This document shows, piece by piece, positions 29,397 to 38,761 of a stretch of 53,734 bases of DNA. Numbering within the stretch: the stretch's first letter is position 1; each line of letters opens with the position of its first letter. The translations under genes were made by a program, and so were the position numbers. The notes beneath the pieces were generated by a model. That model was given only the letters and a program-made list of their open reading frames with translations, was not told where the DNA came from and did not search any database. This DNA comes from a virus (taxonomy: Duplodnaviria; Caudoviricetes), in IMG/VR virus record IMGVR_UViG_3300048131_000244, positions 1 through 53,734 of that record; one strand, written 5' to 3'.

Positions 29397-30125
29397 ATGG
29401 CGGAATTTAACCTCCCAACTGAAATAGTAGAATTACCTTCTCAAGGAAAACTTTATGCCCCTGATAGTCCTTTATCTAAAGGTACTATTGAAATGAAGTA
29501 TATGACTGCTAAGGAAGAAGATATTCTTACTAATCAATCTTATATTAGAGATGGTGTTGTTTTAGATAAACTATTACAATCACTAATTGTTACCAAATTT
29601 AATTACAGTGATTTATTAATTGGTGACAAAAATGCAATTATGGTTGCTGCTCGTATTTTAGGATATGGTAAAGATTATAAATTTACATATGCTGGAGAAG
29701 AACAAGTAGTTGATTTATCTCAAATTGATAATTTACCTTTAAATGAGGAAGTAGAAAATTCAACATCTAATAATTTTTCATTTACTTTACCTCAATCAAA
29801 AAATACAGTTACCTTTAAGTTATTAACTCATGGTGATGAGAAAAAAATAGAACAAGAATTAAAGGGATTAGAAAAATTAAATAAAACAAATTCCCCAATA
29901 GTAACTACTAGATTAAAATATCAAATAACTTCGGTTAATGGAGAGGAGGAAAAACCTAAAATTCGTGAATTTGTAGATAACTACCTTCTAGCTCAAGATT
30001 CCAGAGCATTAAGAGAAAGAATTAAGCAAATAGGCCCCGATGTAGACCTAACTTTTTTTCCCGAAGGGAGCAATAGAAAAGTCGATATCCCAATTGGGCT
30101 TAGCTTTTTTTGGCCTGACATCTAA
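29397..30125 (+). CDS. Baseplate hub assembly / tail assembly chaperone (gp26-like)
   Basis: ELPSQG..Y, MTAKEEDIL, D...IMVAARILGYG, C-terminal FFWP. Confidence 0.75.
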   Translation: MAEFNLPTEIVELPSQGKLYAPDSPLSKGTIEMKYMTAKEEDILTNQSYIRDGVVLDKLLQSLIVTKFNYSDLLIGDKNAIMVAARILGYGKDYKFTYAGEEQVVDLSQIDNLPLNEEVENSTSNNFSFTLPQSKNTVTFKLLTHGDEKKIEQELKGLEKLNKTNSPIVTTRLKYQITSVNGEEEKPKIREFVDNYLLAQDSRALRERIKQIGPDVDLTFFPEGSNRKVDIPIGLSFFWPDI

Positions 30126-30408
30126 AATAGCACCACAATTTAGAGCAAATGTATTCAAAGAAATACATGAAATAGTATTCCACGGGCAAGGTGGATATGA
30201 TTGGAGTACTGTTTATAATATGCCTTTATGGTTAAGGAAATTTACTTTCAATGAGATCAAAAATTACCATATAGATCAAAACGAAAAAATAAAAAACCAA
30301 ACTAAAGACCCCAATCAAAAATCCCTTATCAACCCAGATGGTACTGTAAATACCCCTGAATTTGTAAAAGCATCAGAACCATATAAGGGCAAAACAAGCT
30401 ATAAATAA
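30094..30408 (+). CDS. gp51-like / frameshifted C-terminal extension of the tail chaperone
   Basis: YNMPLWLR motif; no ATG before the conserved part; overlaps the previous gene at a T7 run in the +1 frame. Confidence 0.6.
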   Translation: MGLAFFGLTSKIAPQFRANVFKEIHEIVFHGQGGYDWSTVYNMPLWLRKFTFNEIKNYHIDQNEKIKNQTKDPNQKSLINPDGTVNTPEFVKASEPYKGKTSYK

Positions 30409-30434
30409 TCATATTTATAACATATACTTTGATT

Positions 30435-32459
30435 ATGGCCGATCTAGATGATGAATTAAACAATGCTAGAAATTTACGTGAAGAATTAGATGAAATTCTA
30501 TTTTTACAACGTAGCTTTACTGATGAAGCCTTAAAAGCTGCCAAAGCAGTAGGTGTAGGTAATGAAAATGCCAGAAATATATCTAAGGCATTTAGGGGGG
30601 TATCTAATGCAACTGCAGATCTTAATACTTCTTTAAGACAAGCTTTAAAAGGAGAAGTATCTTTATCAGAATTAGGTAAAAAAATAGAATCTTCTAGGAA
30701 AAGAGCTACAGCAATAGAAACTAATCTTGCACTACTAAAAAAAGATGGGATTGATTTTTCAGAAAAAGAAATGAGCCTTTTAGAAAGAAAAAAGGAGATT
30801 GATGAAATTATCAATAATTCAAAAGGTCAATTAACTGAAGAAGAAGAATATTTACTTGGTTTATATTCTGATCAGCTTGAAACTCTAGCAGCCCAAGAAA
30901 GTGCTTATCAAAAAATTGAAAAGCTAGATAAAGGAATGGGCATATTTAAAGACCTTGGGGATGGGGCTAAAAATTTATTAGACCAATTTGGAGGTAGGGG
31001 CTTATCAAATGCCTTAGGATTTAGTGAGGCACAAAAGGAAGTAGAAAAATATGTTCTTAGCCTTGATGAGGGTGCAGATCCTAATAAATTTAAAATAGCA
31101 GGAAAATATGTAACTACACTAGGTAAAAATTTATTAAAATCTCTAGGTCCTTTAGCTTTAATAACTTCATTTGTAAAAGGATTATTAGATGCAAATAAGC
31201 AAACTGTTGGTTTACAAAAATCAATGTTGCTTACTTCTAAAGGAGCTGTAGACTTTAGACAAAACCTAGCCACAGCTGCAAATCTATCAGCAAATATTAA
31301 TGTTACTAGTACTAAATTATTAGAAACATTTAATAGTATAAATGATCAATTTGGTTTTATAGCTCGTTTTTCAGAAGAAACTTTAGTAAATACTACTAGA
31401 TTAACGGAGCAAGTAGGATTAAGTGCAGAAGCAGCTAATGCATTAGCAGGATTAACTGAAATACAAGGAGTTAATGCTGAAAATTTATATGAGTCAGTAG
31501 TAGGAACCACTTTAGAACTCCAAAAACAATCAGGTGTTCAAATAGACCAAAGAAAAATACTTGAAGAAATAGGTAAAGTAACTGGTTCTGTAAGAGCAAA
31601 TTTAGGTTCTAATCCAATTGAAATTGCTAAAGCAATTCAAAAAGCAAGAGAATTTGGTACTACATTAGAACAAGTAGCCGCTACAACAGAAAGCTTACTT
31701 AATTTTGAATCATCTATTGAAGCCGAATTACAAGCTGAATTACTATTAGGTAAAAATATAAATCTTGAAAGAGCAAGAGCAGCGGCATTAGCAGGTGATC
31801 AAGTTACTTTAGCTGAGGAATTAAGAAAAGAAGCAGGTAGTTTTGCTGAGTTTTCTGCTATGAATGTTATTCAACAAAACGCTTTAGCCGAAGCATTAGG
31901 TATGAACAAAGATCAGCTAGCTGATACTTTATACCAACAAGAATTACAATTAAAAGGTGCTGAAAGAGTTAGAGCAGAATTAGCAGCTACAGGACAAGAT
32001 GAAGCAGTTAGAGCTTTAGATGCCCAAACAGCACAAGATAAATTTGCTAAAACAATGGAAAAATTACAATCTATTGTAGTTGATGTAGCAACTGCTTTTA
32101 TGCCTATACTAGAAGTAGTAGGTAGTATTGCTTCTGCTATAGGACATGTAATTAAAGTATTATCACCTATGATAGGAACAATATCTGGGGCACTTACAGG
32201 TTTAATAGTAAGTGGAGGAAATCCAATTGGAGCTCTTATAGGTGGGGCTGTAGGAGCAATAGGTGATATAGGTAGAAGTGATTCAATATCTGAAGGACGA
32301 AGAACCCAATCTCGAGCCACCAGACAAACCACTGAAGAAACTACTACTGTTAATAATACAACAGATATGAGTGAAACTAACCAATTACTTAAAACATTAG
32401 TCTCACAAAACGATAAAAAACCTGAAATCTCACCAGTTGGCTTATATCAGGTTCAATAA
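30435..32459 (+). CDS. Tape measure-like protein
   Basis: Long, helical, Ala/Leu-rich, Gly-rich hydrophobic C-terminal region; follows the chaperone pair; late motif 24 nt before ATG 30435. Confidence 0.7.
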   Translation: MADLDDELNNARNLREELDEILFLQRSFTDEALKAAKAVGVGNENARNISKAFRGVSNATADLNTSLRQALKGEVSLSELGKKIESSRKRATAIETNLALLKKDGIDFSEKEMSLLERKKEIDEIINNSKGQLTEEEEYLLGLYSDQLETLAAQESAYQKIEKLDKGMGIFKDLGDGAKNLLDQFGGRGLSNALGFSEAQKEVEKYVLSLDEGADPNKFKIAGKYVTTLGKNLLKSLGPLALITSFVKGLLDANKQTVGLQKSMLLTSKGAVDFRQNLATAANLSANINVTSTKLLETFNSINDQFGFIARFSEETLVNTTRLTEQVGLSAEAANALAGLTEIQGVNAENLYESVVGTTLELQKQSGVQIDQRKILEEIGKVTGSVRANLGSNPIEIAKAIQKAREFGTTLEQVAATTESLLNFESSIEAELQAELLLGKNINLERARAAALAGDQVTLAEELRKEAGSFAEFSAMNVIQQNALAEALGMNKDQLADTLYQQELQLKGAERVRAELAATGQDEAVRALDAQTAQDKFAKTMEKLQSIVVDVATAFMPILEVVGSIASAIGHVIKVLSPMIGTISGALTGLIVSGGNPIGALIGGAVGAIGDIGRSDSISEGRRTQSRATRQTTEETTTVNNTTDMSETNQLLKTLVSQNDKKPEISPVGLYQVQ

Positions 32460-32500
32460 CGCAATATTTATAATAAATTAATCGATTAAATTTTTATATT

Positions 32501-32701
32501 ATGACTTTAAAAGAAAGATATAACGAAAGTACTTCTAAACTCCACCAAGGAATTGGTAAAGAAGAAGGAAAAAGAGTAACTGGCCCTTTAAGTGATCCTA
32601 CAACTCTTAAAATTAACAATACTTTTGACCAAGGACAATATAGTGCTGTTATAGACCAAGAGCTTTTAAGACGCGCTTCGGATAATACACAAGGATCCTA
32701 A
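32501..32701 (+). CDS. Small hypothetical late protein
   Basis: Late motif at 32464; 66-aa ORF in the tail operon. Confidence 0.5.
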   Translation: MTLKERYNESTSKLHQGIGKEEGKRVTGPLSDPTTLKINNTFDQGQYSAVIDQELLRRASDNTQGS

Positions 32702-32712
32702 AAACCTAACAT

Positions 32713-34473
32713 ATGGGGATTATTAAAAATCTAGAGAATACTAGATATAAAAGTCTCCACTTTAGGGGTGATCGTTTTAATCAAGGTAGTTCAAATCAAC
32801 CCTATGTGGTTGAGGACATAAATGATCCTAGCCGTGAAGTAGGGAGAACAGGTGGACCTGATTTTATAGTTCGGGGTGGTACCTTAGTGCCAAAACGAGT
32901 TGCAAATGATGTGTCTCGCTTGACTAAAATGTTTTTTGACTTAAAATCTCCAAACGGTCCCTTATTTACTGCTAAACAACAACTTTTATCTTTATCTGGT
33001 ACTAATTTTAAAGGTGGATTTGAAAAATCAGATCTTAGTACTATAAACCTATCAGGATTTTTAAAGGGAGGTGTTTATAACCCCCTTAGTACAGTTGCTC
33101 AATCTATTATTAATCCACTTGGGATACATATTCCTAAACAAGGATTACTCCCTCCTATAATAGGCCCAGACAAATACGAAGATTATATTGGTAAAGGTGA
33201 TGATCAAAAATCCCGTCTATTAGATTTAAAAGATGGCAAATTATCTAGTAATGATCAATTTTTATATGAATATTTAGGTGGTCCTAAATCAATAGCAGGT
33301 GTAGGTAAAACTCGTATAAAAAGATTTGAGAATACTAACGAAGAGAGTAAAGAAAAAGGATTTTTAAGTTATGAAACTTTAAAAAATGTTGGGGATCGTT
33401 TAGAATCAAACCCTAATGCTATAATTGATTTTAGACAAGAACCTAATGGTATACCTGTAAAAGATAAAGTTAAAACTTTAAACTATAATAGACCCGAAAA
33501 TAGATTTGAACAAAGGGTTAGATTAGGAAACCCTGGAGAAAGAGGAATAAAAAGAACAAATTACCAAATAGGACTAGGCGTAGCTCTAGATCAATTAAAT
33601 GCTAGGGCACTTTATAAAGGTGAATCCCAAAATGGTTTAGGAAATGATTTTGTAAAGTTTAGAATTGGAGTTATTGATAATGCCAACCCCTCCAAAAAAA
33701 CATTCATGCATTTTAGAGCAATCTTAGATGATTTAAGCGACAATTATACAGCCGAATGGAATTCAGAAAAATTAATGGGTAGGGGAGAACAATTTTATAG
33801 ATATAATGGTTTTACCCGAACTGTAAATTTGGCTTGGACAGTAGCAGCTCAATCAAAACAAGAATTAATTCCTATGTATCAAAAGCTAAACTACTTAGCT
33901 TCATCCCTAACCCCTTATTATTCAGATACTGGTTATATGGGTGGTAACTTAATTAGTTTGACACTAGGTGGGTGGTTTTATGAGCAACCTGGTATACTAA
34001 CGGGAATGACATTATCTGTCCCACAAGAATCACCATGGGAAATAGCGATACCAGCTCAAGAAAATACATTTGGTGCCAACCAAGAATCATCTGATAAAGA
34101 TGTAAAAGAATTACCTCATATTATTAAAGTAACTGGAGTACAGTTTATACCAATCCATGAATTTGTACCTAGATTACAGAAAAATGATTATAAAGGTGCT
34201 AATGCGGGGAATGGATCCCAATATATTAGTGCTTATGGCCCAGAAAGGTATATAGCACTAAGTACTGGAAAATTTGATCCTAAAACAGGTAAAGGAGGAA
34301 GCAACAATTATGGGGATTCAAGTGGTAATCCTGTAAATGATGCCAATAATTATATCCCAATTAACGATACTGACTCCCGACCTGTAAGTAAACTTAAAAC
34401 CCAAGATCCAATTCAATTCGAAACCAAAATTGAAACATCTGGGAATATAAATGATTTACTAAAAAATGAATAG
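32713..34473 (+). CDS. Baseplate / tail tube initiator-like protein
   Basis: C-terminal FRA..D.Y.AEW...GRGE.FY.YNGFTR..L tube-like domain; synteny. Confidence 0.55.
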   Translation: MGIIKNLENTRYKSLHFRGDRFNQGSSNQPYVVEDINDPSREVGRTGGPDFIVRGGTLVPKRVANDVSRLTKMFFDLKSPNGPLFTAKQQLLSLSGTNFKGGFEKSDLSTINLSGFLKGGVYNPLSTVAQSIINPLGIHIPKQGLLPPIIGPDKYEDYIGKGDDQKSRLLDLKDGKLSSNDQFLYEYLGGPKSIAGVGKTRIKRFENTNEESKEKGFLSYETLKNVGDRLESNPNAIIDFRQEPNGIPVKDKVKTLNYNRPENRFEQRVRLGNPGERGIKRTNYQIGLGVALDQLNARALYKGESQNGLGNDFVKFRIGVIDNANPSKKTFMHFRAILDDLSDNYTAEWNSEKLMGRGEQFYRYNGFTRTVNLAWTVAAQSKQELIPMYQKLNYLASSLTPYYSDTGYMGGNLISLTLGGWFYEQPGILTGMTLSVPQESPWEIAIPAQENTFGANQESSDKDVKELPHIIKVTGVQFIPIHEFVPRLQKNDYKGANAGNGSQYISAYGPERYIALSTGKFDPKTGKGGSNNYGDSSGNPVNDANNYIPINDTDSRPVSKLKTQDPIQFETKIETSGNINDLLKNE

Positions 34474-34768
34474 ATATAATCAAACACAAACTTATACAAC
34501 AAGTAAAGGTAAACCTTACTATGGTACTACTAAATACCCTAGTATCCCTTTATCTTTTGATGATATCTATGTTTATGCTACTCAAGGTGATAGGTTTGAT
34601 ATTTTAGCCCAACAATATTATCAGGATTCTTCCCTTTGGTGGGTAATTTCTTCAGCTAATAGTGATTTACCTCAAAATTCTTATTATATTCCAGAAGGCC
34701 ACCAAATTAGAATCCCTCAAAACATAGCTGCTGTAATAGCAGAGTTTGAGACTCTAAATAGGTATTAA
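34466..34768 (+). CDS. LysM-like baseplate wedge protein (gp53 / tail X-like)
   Basis: GDRFDILAQQYYQDSSLWWVI..AN...G.QIRIP. Confidence 0.8.
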   Translation: MNRYNQTQTYTTSKGKPYYGTTKYPSIPLSFDDIYVYATQGDRFDILAQQYYQDSSLWWVISSANSDLPQNSYYIPEGHQIRIPQNIAAVIAEFETLNRY

Positions 34769-34770
34769 TT

Positions 34771-37700
34771 ATGAATGGAAACATAGTAGGAGAAGAATTT
34801 GAACCATATGTGTTTGGTGAAATTGCCTTTAGACAATCTATACAAGGTAAACAATCACGGAGCAATACGGATTTAAACTATCTAAGCAATCAAAGTTCTT
34901 GGATTAAGTTAGCGTCTCCTGTTTTTATTGAAGAAGGGGGTAAAGCCCGACTTAATAGTATTTTAGCAAATCCAACGGATGTAGACAAATATCAAGGAAT
35001 GGAACTAGCAAAAAATGCAGTTTTATTTAACGGGTTATCTTCTTTACAAGGAAAAACATACACCCAAAGAGCGGGAATTGTAAAAAATAACAGCAGACTT
35101 TGGGATGCAAAAGCAGCTTATGGTTTAGGGGGAAGTGATTTTGGTCTTCAACCTATGCCCGGGATTATAGATGCTGAGGTAAGATGCTTAAATAGGGGAT
35201 CTATTAAAAAAGCTTCTATTAATATAAGAGCATATAATAAATTTCAATTTGAAATTATTGAATTATTATATCTTAGATTAGGGTATACCATGATGTTAGA
35301 ATTTGGGAACCAAAAATACCCTGATAAAGATGGAAACATCTCAGAAGTAGGAAATACTCTTATAGAAGAATTATATTTTAATAAAGGCAGTAATGGTTTA
35401 ACTCAATTAGAGGTTTTAGATGAAATCGCTGGATTAAGAGATAAATATAATGGTAATTATGATGGTTTTTTTGGTAAGGTAGTAAATTTTGATTGGACTT
35501 TTAATGAAGATGGTAGTTATAGTATTAGGATAGATTTAATTACATTAGGAGATGTAATAGAATCTCTTCAAGCAAACCCTCCTATTGAATCCTACTTTCC
35601 TGAAAATCTAGATTCAAAATCATCATTAAAAACAAAACTAATTGAAAAAAATGAATCATTAAAAGATTCTCCAATTATAAATAATGCTTCAAATGATGTT
35701 CTTAGTGCTTTTATGTATACTAGTTTATTTGATGAAGATTTATGGAAAAAATCAAGAGGAGGAGAAAATGATAGATATGCTAATTATTTTAATTTATCTA
35801 AAGAATCAGACCAAGTAGCTAAAGATAAAAGAAAAAACTACCCCACAAAAATTCTAGCTAAGTATAGCTATTACATTACATTTGAAGAGTTATTAATACA
35901 AGTAAAAAAGTATTTAATCCCTAATGTAATAGCAAAAAATAAAAAAATAGAGGAACAATTATCTATCGATAACTCTCCTAGTACTTATGTAAATTATTTC
36001 CCAAACCAAATTTCATTTGATCCTAGAGTTTGTTTAATAAAACCTAGTCTTGGGGGGGCCAATATAGGGAAAATAAAAGTACCCGATATTTTTGAAGATC
36101 TTAAAAATTATGTTGGAATTGTAGAGGAAAATGTAGTAGTTGGACAACTAATGCATGTATATCTTAATTATGATTTTATTTCCCAATGCCTTTCAACTTC
36201 AAAAAATGATGAAAAAATCTCAATTTACACTTTCTTAAAAAAGATATGTGATGGGATTAATACAGCATTAGGTGGAGTAAATCAAATTGAAGTTATAATA
36301 GATGAATCCAATAATATAATTAAATTTATTGATCAAACCCCTATCCCAGGATTAGCAGAAACCAAAAAAAGAACAGATATTGTAGATTTAGAAGTATTTG
36401 GCTATAATAATGTTAATCAAACTTCAAATTTTGTTAAAGGTATAAATTTTAATACTAATATTACCCCTGAACTAGCTTCTATGATTACCATAGGGGCAAC
36501 AGCAAAGGGATCAAATGTTAAAAATGAAGACGCTACAGCATTTTCTAAATGGAATGCAGGGTTAACAGATAGATTTAATGAAGAAATTATTGATCCTAAA
36601 ATTAAAATAGACCCATTCAACCCTGAAGATGACCCTAAAAGATGGGAAGAAGAAGCTACAAATATTTGGGAAAACAAAGCAAAACCCGTTATGCTAAAAA
36701 CTACCTATAGAAGGAATAAGGCATTTAAAGAGGTAGAAACTACTGCAACAGTCAACAATTTTTCAATAGGTAACAATTATCAAGTAGACCCTACAGATAA
36801 AAAAGAAATTAACGAGGGAGAAATAGGTGAGGGTAAAAGGATTACTAAAGAAAATTATATTATCTATTATAAAACATATGTAGAAAAAACACTAAAAGAA
36901 AAAAATGCTATTGAAGAATTTAAATTTCAAAATGAATTAACTAAAAATTATGTTTTCTATTTATCCGATTGTTTTGGTGGGGATATAAAATATAATGTTT
37001 TTACAGGTAAAAAAGAATTTCAATTAAAAGAAAATAATGAAATTACTGCACTTGATATAGTCCTCCTCAGGATTTTCAACCAACCCGCTTTTAAAGAAAC
37101 AGATGTAAAAACTGTAGGAGGGAGTGGAAAAGTAAAATATTTAACATTTGATCCCTCTTTTATCAGTAGATCTAATGGAATTTACAAACATTATTTAAAT
37201 GTTTTTTTCCATTCTAAATTTAACACAGTTGCAGAAAATCAACTACCCTCTCAACCCTCCCCACAAATTGGATTTATACCAATTAGTTTTGATATTAATT
37301 TACAAGGAATTTCTGGTATAAAAATTTATAATAAATTAAACATTAACCAAAAGTTTTTACCACCCAATTATCCTCAAGCATTAAAATTTTTAATAACTAA
37401 AGTAGACCATACAATTAGTGATAATAATTGGAGTACAAATTTAGGTACACTTTCTATCCCCAATATAGACCCTGATGATTATAAACAAATTTGGAAAGAT
37501 ATTGGGGTGGATATTAAGGATTTAGGTAGTGTATTACTTCCTGAAGACCAACGAGGTCCAAAAGCTAAAGGAAATAAATTCACAATAGAAGACCATAGAG
37601 CTCCAAAATATAGAGGTAATCCTACTTTAGGTGAAGAGAAAACTCGAATAGCTCAAACCGGTAAAGTCTTTTCTGAGATGTCTTTAGAAAAATTAATCTC

Positions 37701-38121
37701 ACAATTTCACCCTCAATTTAGAAATAGATTTGCATCTTTCTTTACTGAAATGGATGAAAAATATAAAGGATATACTATAAAAATAAATTCAATACAAAGA
37801 GACCTTGAAACATCTCAAGACCTTAAAAAAGAAAACCCCAACAATGCTGACCCAGGTTATTCAAGACATAATTATAATACAGCTGTAGATTTTAATGTAA
37901 TAACCTCTGATGGAAAAGAATTAAAAAAATCAGTAAATCGAAATGATTGGATAAACCATGGTTTTAATAAATTAGCAGCTAAGCATAATCTAGACTGGGG
38001 TGGTAATTTTGATACCTATAATGATTATGTCCATTTTGCAGCAACAGATTATGATGTTTCAAAATCAATAACAGAATTTAATTCAGGAAAAGATGTAAAT
38101 TCAATAACATTAAAAACATAA
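34771..38121 (+). CDS. Large baseplate hub protein with C-terminal M15-type peptidoglycan peptidase
   Basis: N-terminal PMPGI..., YLRLGYTMMLEFG hub-like region; C-terminal SRHNYNTAVD...WGG.F...DYVHF zinc-peptidase motif. Confidence 0.7.
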   Translation: MNGNIVGEEFEPYVFGEIAFRQSIQGKQSRSNTDLNYLSNQSSWIKLASPVFIEEGGKARLNSILANPTDVDKYQGMELAKNAVLFNGLSSLQGKTYTQRAGIVKNNSRLWDAKAAYGLGGSDFGLQPMPGIIDAEVRCLNRGSIKKASINIRAYNKFQFEIIELLYLRLGYTMMLEFGNQKYPDKDGNISEVGNTLIEELYFNKGSNGLTQLEVLDEIAGLRDKYNGNYDGFFGKVVNFDWTFNEDGSYSIRIDLITLGDVIESLQANPPIESYFPENLDSKSSLKTKLIEKNESLKDSPIINNASNDVLSAFMYTSLFDEDLWKKSRGGENDRYANYFNLSKESDQVAKDKRKNYPTKILAKYSYYITFEELLIQVKKYLIPNVIAKNKKIEEQLSIDNSPSTYVNYFPNQISFDPRVCLIKPSLGGANIGKIKVPDIFEDLKNYVGIVEENVVVGQLMHVYLNYDFISQCLSTSKNDEKISIYTFLKKICDGINTALGGVNQIEVIIDESNNIIKFIDQTPIPGLAETKKRTDIVDLEVFGYNNVNQTSNFVKGINFNTNITPELASMITIGATAKGSNVKNEDATAFSKWNAGLTDRFNEEIIDPKIKIDPFNPEDDPKRWEEEATNIWENKAKPVMLKTTYRRNKAFKEVETTATVNNFSIGNNYQVDPTDKKEINEGEIGEGKRITKENYIIYYKTYVEKTLKEKNAIEEFKFQNELTKNYVFYLSDCFGGDIKYNVFTGKKEFQLKENNEITALDIVLLRIFNQPAFKETDVKTVGGSGKVKYLTFDPSFISRSNGIYKHYLNVFFHSKFNTVAENQLPSQPSPQIGFIPISFDINLQGISGIKIYNKLNINQKFLPPNYPQALKFLITKVDHTISDNNWSTNLGTLSIPNIDPDDYKQIWKDIGVDIKDLGSVLLPEDQRGPKAKGNKFTIEDHRAPKYRGNPTLGEEKTRIAQTGKVFSEMSLEKLISQFHPQFRNRFASFFTEMDEKYKGYTIKINSIQRDLETSQDLKKENPNNADPGYSRHNYNTAVDFNVITSDGKELKKSVNRNDWINHGFNKLAAKHNLDWGGNFDTYNDYVHFAATDYDVSKSITEFNSGKDVNSITLKT

Positions 38122-38732
38122 TGTATATACCTAAATCCCAAATAAAAGAAAACTTATACACCAATGGTGGGGAATATGTTATTGACTCAACCAAAGAGAA
38201 CTACATAGGGTCTTATTTTATTACCTCTAAAGGATTAGCTTATACAGGTAAAAACCTAACAGACCAACCTAATAATCTTCTATCACAACAGACCTCAACA
38301 ACCAGTTATACAGAACCAAAATCCTCAGAACCTATACCCTCTAATTATTATATTAAAAATGATTTATATTATTCTGCAAAAAATATAGACTCCAGAGGTA
38401 GTGCCCCTTCACCCCCAAAACAAACTTTATCTGTACCTACAGAAAAAAATATTAAGGATGGATTCTTATATAGATACTTTGTAAAAAAAGGTAATGAGGG
38501 TAAATTTATAGAAATATCCAAATTAGAATATAATAAATTCAAAAACCAAGACAATACAGTTCAATGGCAACTATATACCCCAATAAAAATACAATGGGAT
38601 ATACAAGGCGATAGAGAACAAGTATATAATGGCAATAAAACAGTTGTATCCTTAGCTGAACAAAGACAATCTGTTCCTGGGTTTACACTATTTTTTAGAG
38701 GAAAGTTTGATAAATTTTGGATAGGTAAATAA
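38121..38732 (+). CDS. Hypothetical tail-region protein
   Basis: Translationally coupled; LYTNGGEY, RYFVKK, IEISK. Confidence 0.65.
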   Translation: MYIPKSQIKENLYTNGGEYVIDSTKENYIGSYFITSKGLAYTGKNLTDQPNNLLSQQTSTTSYTEPKSSEPIPSNYYIKNDLYYSAKNIDSRGSAPSPPKQTLSVPTEKNIKDGFLYRYFVKKGNEGKFIEISKLEYNKFKNQDNTVQWQLYTPIKIQWDIQGDREQVYNGNKTVVSLAEQRQSVPGFTLFFRGKFDKFWIGK

Positions 38733-38747
38733 CCTATCGTATATTTA
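38716..38747 (+). promoter_or_regulatory. Bacteroidota sigma70-like promoter TTTG-N20-TATATTTA, with an inverted repeat in the spacer
   Basis: Upstream of the DNA polymerase gene; GATAGGT/ACCTATC inverted repeat at 38720-38738. Confidence 0.65.
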
Positions 38748-38761
38748 CGGAAAAGGTTTCA

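Noticed and set aside
30053-30059. Second T7 run in the chaperone gene as the frameshift site
   Set aside because: A +1 shift here meets a TAG at 30073-30075 before the downstream ORF opens; the run at 30105-30111 fits instead
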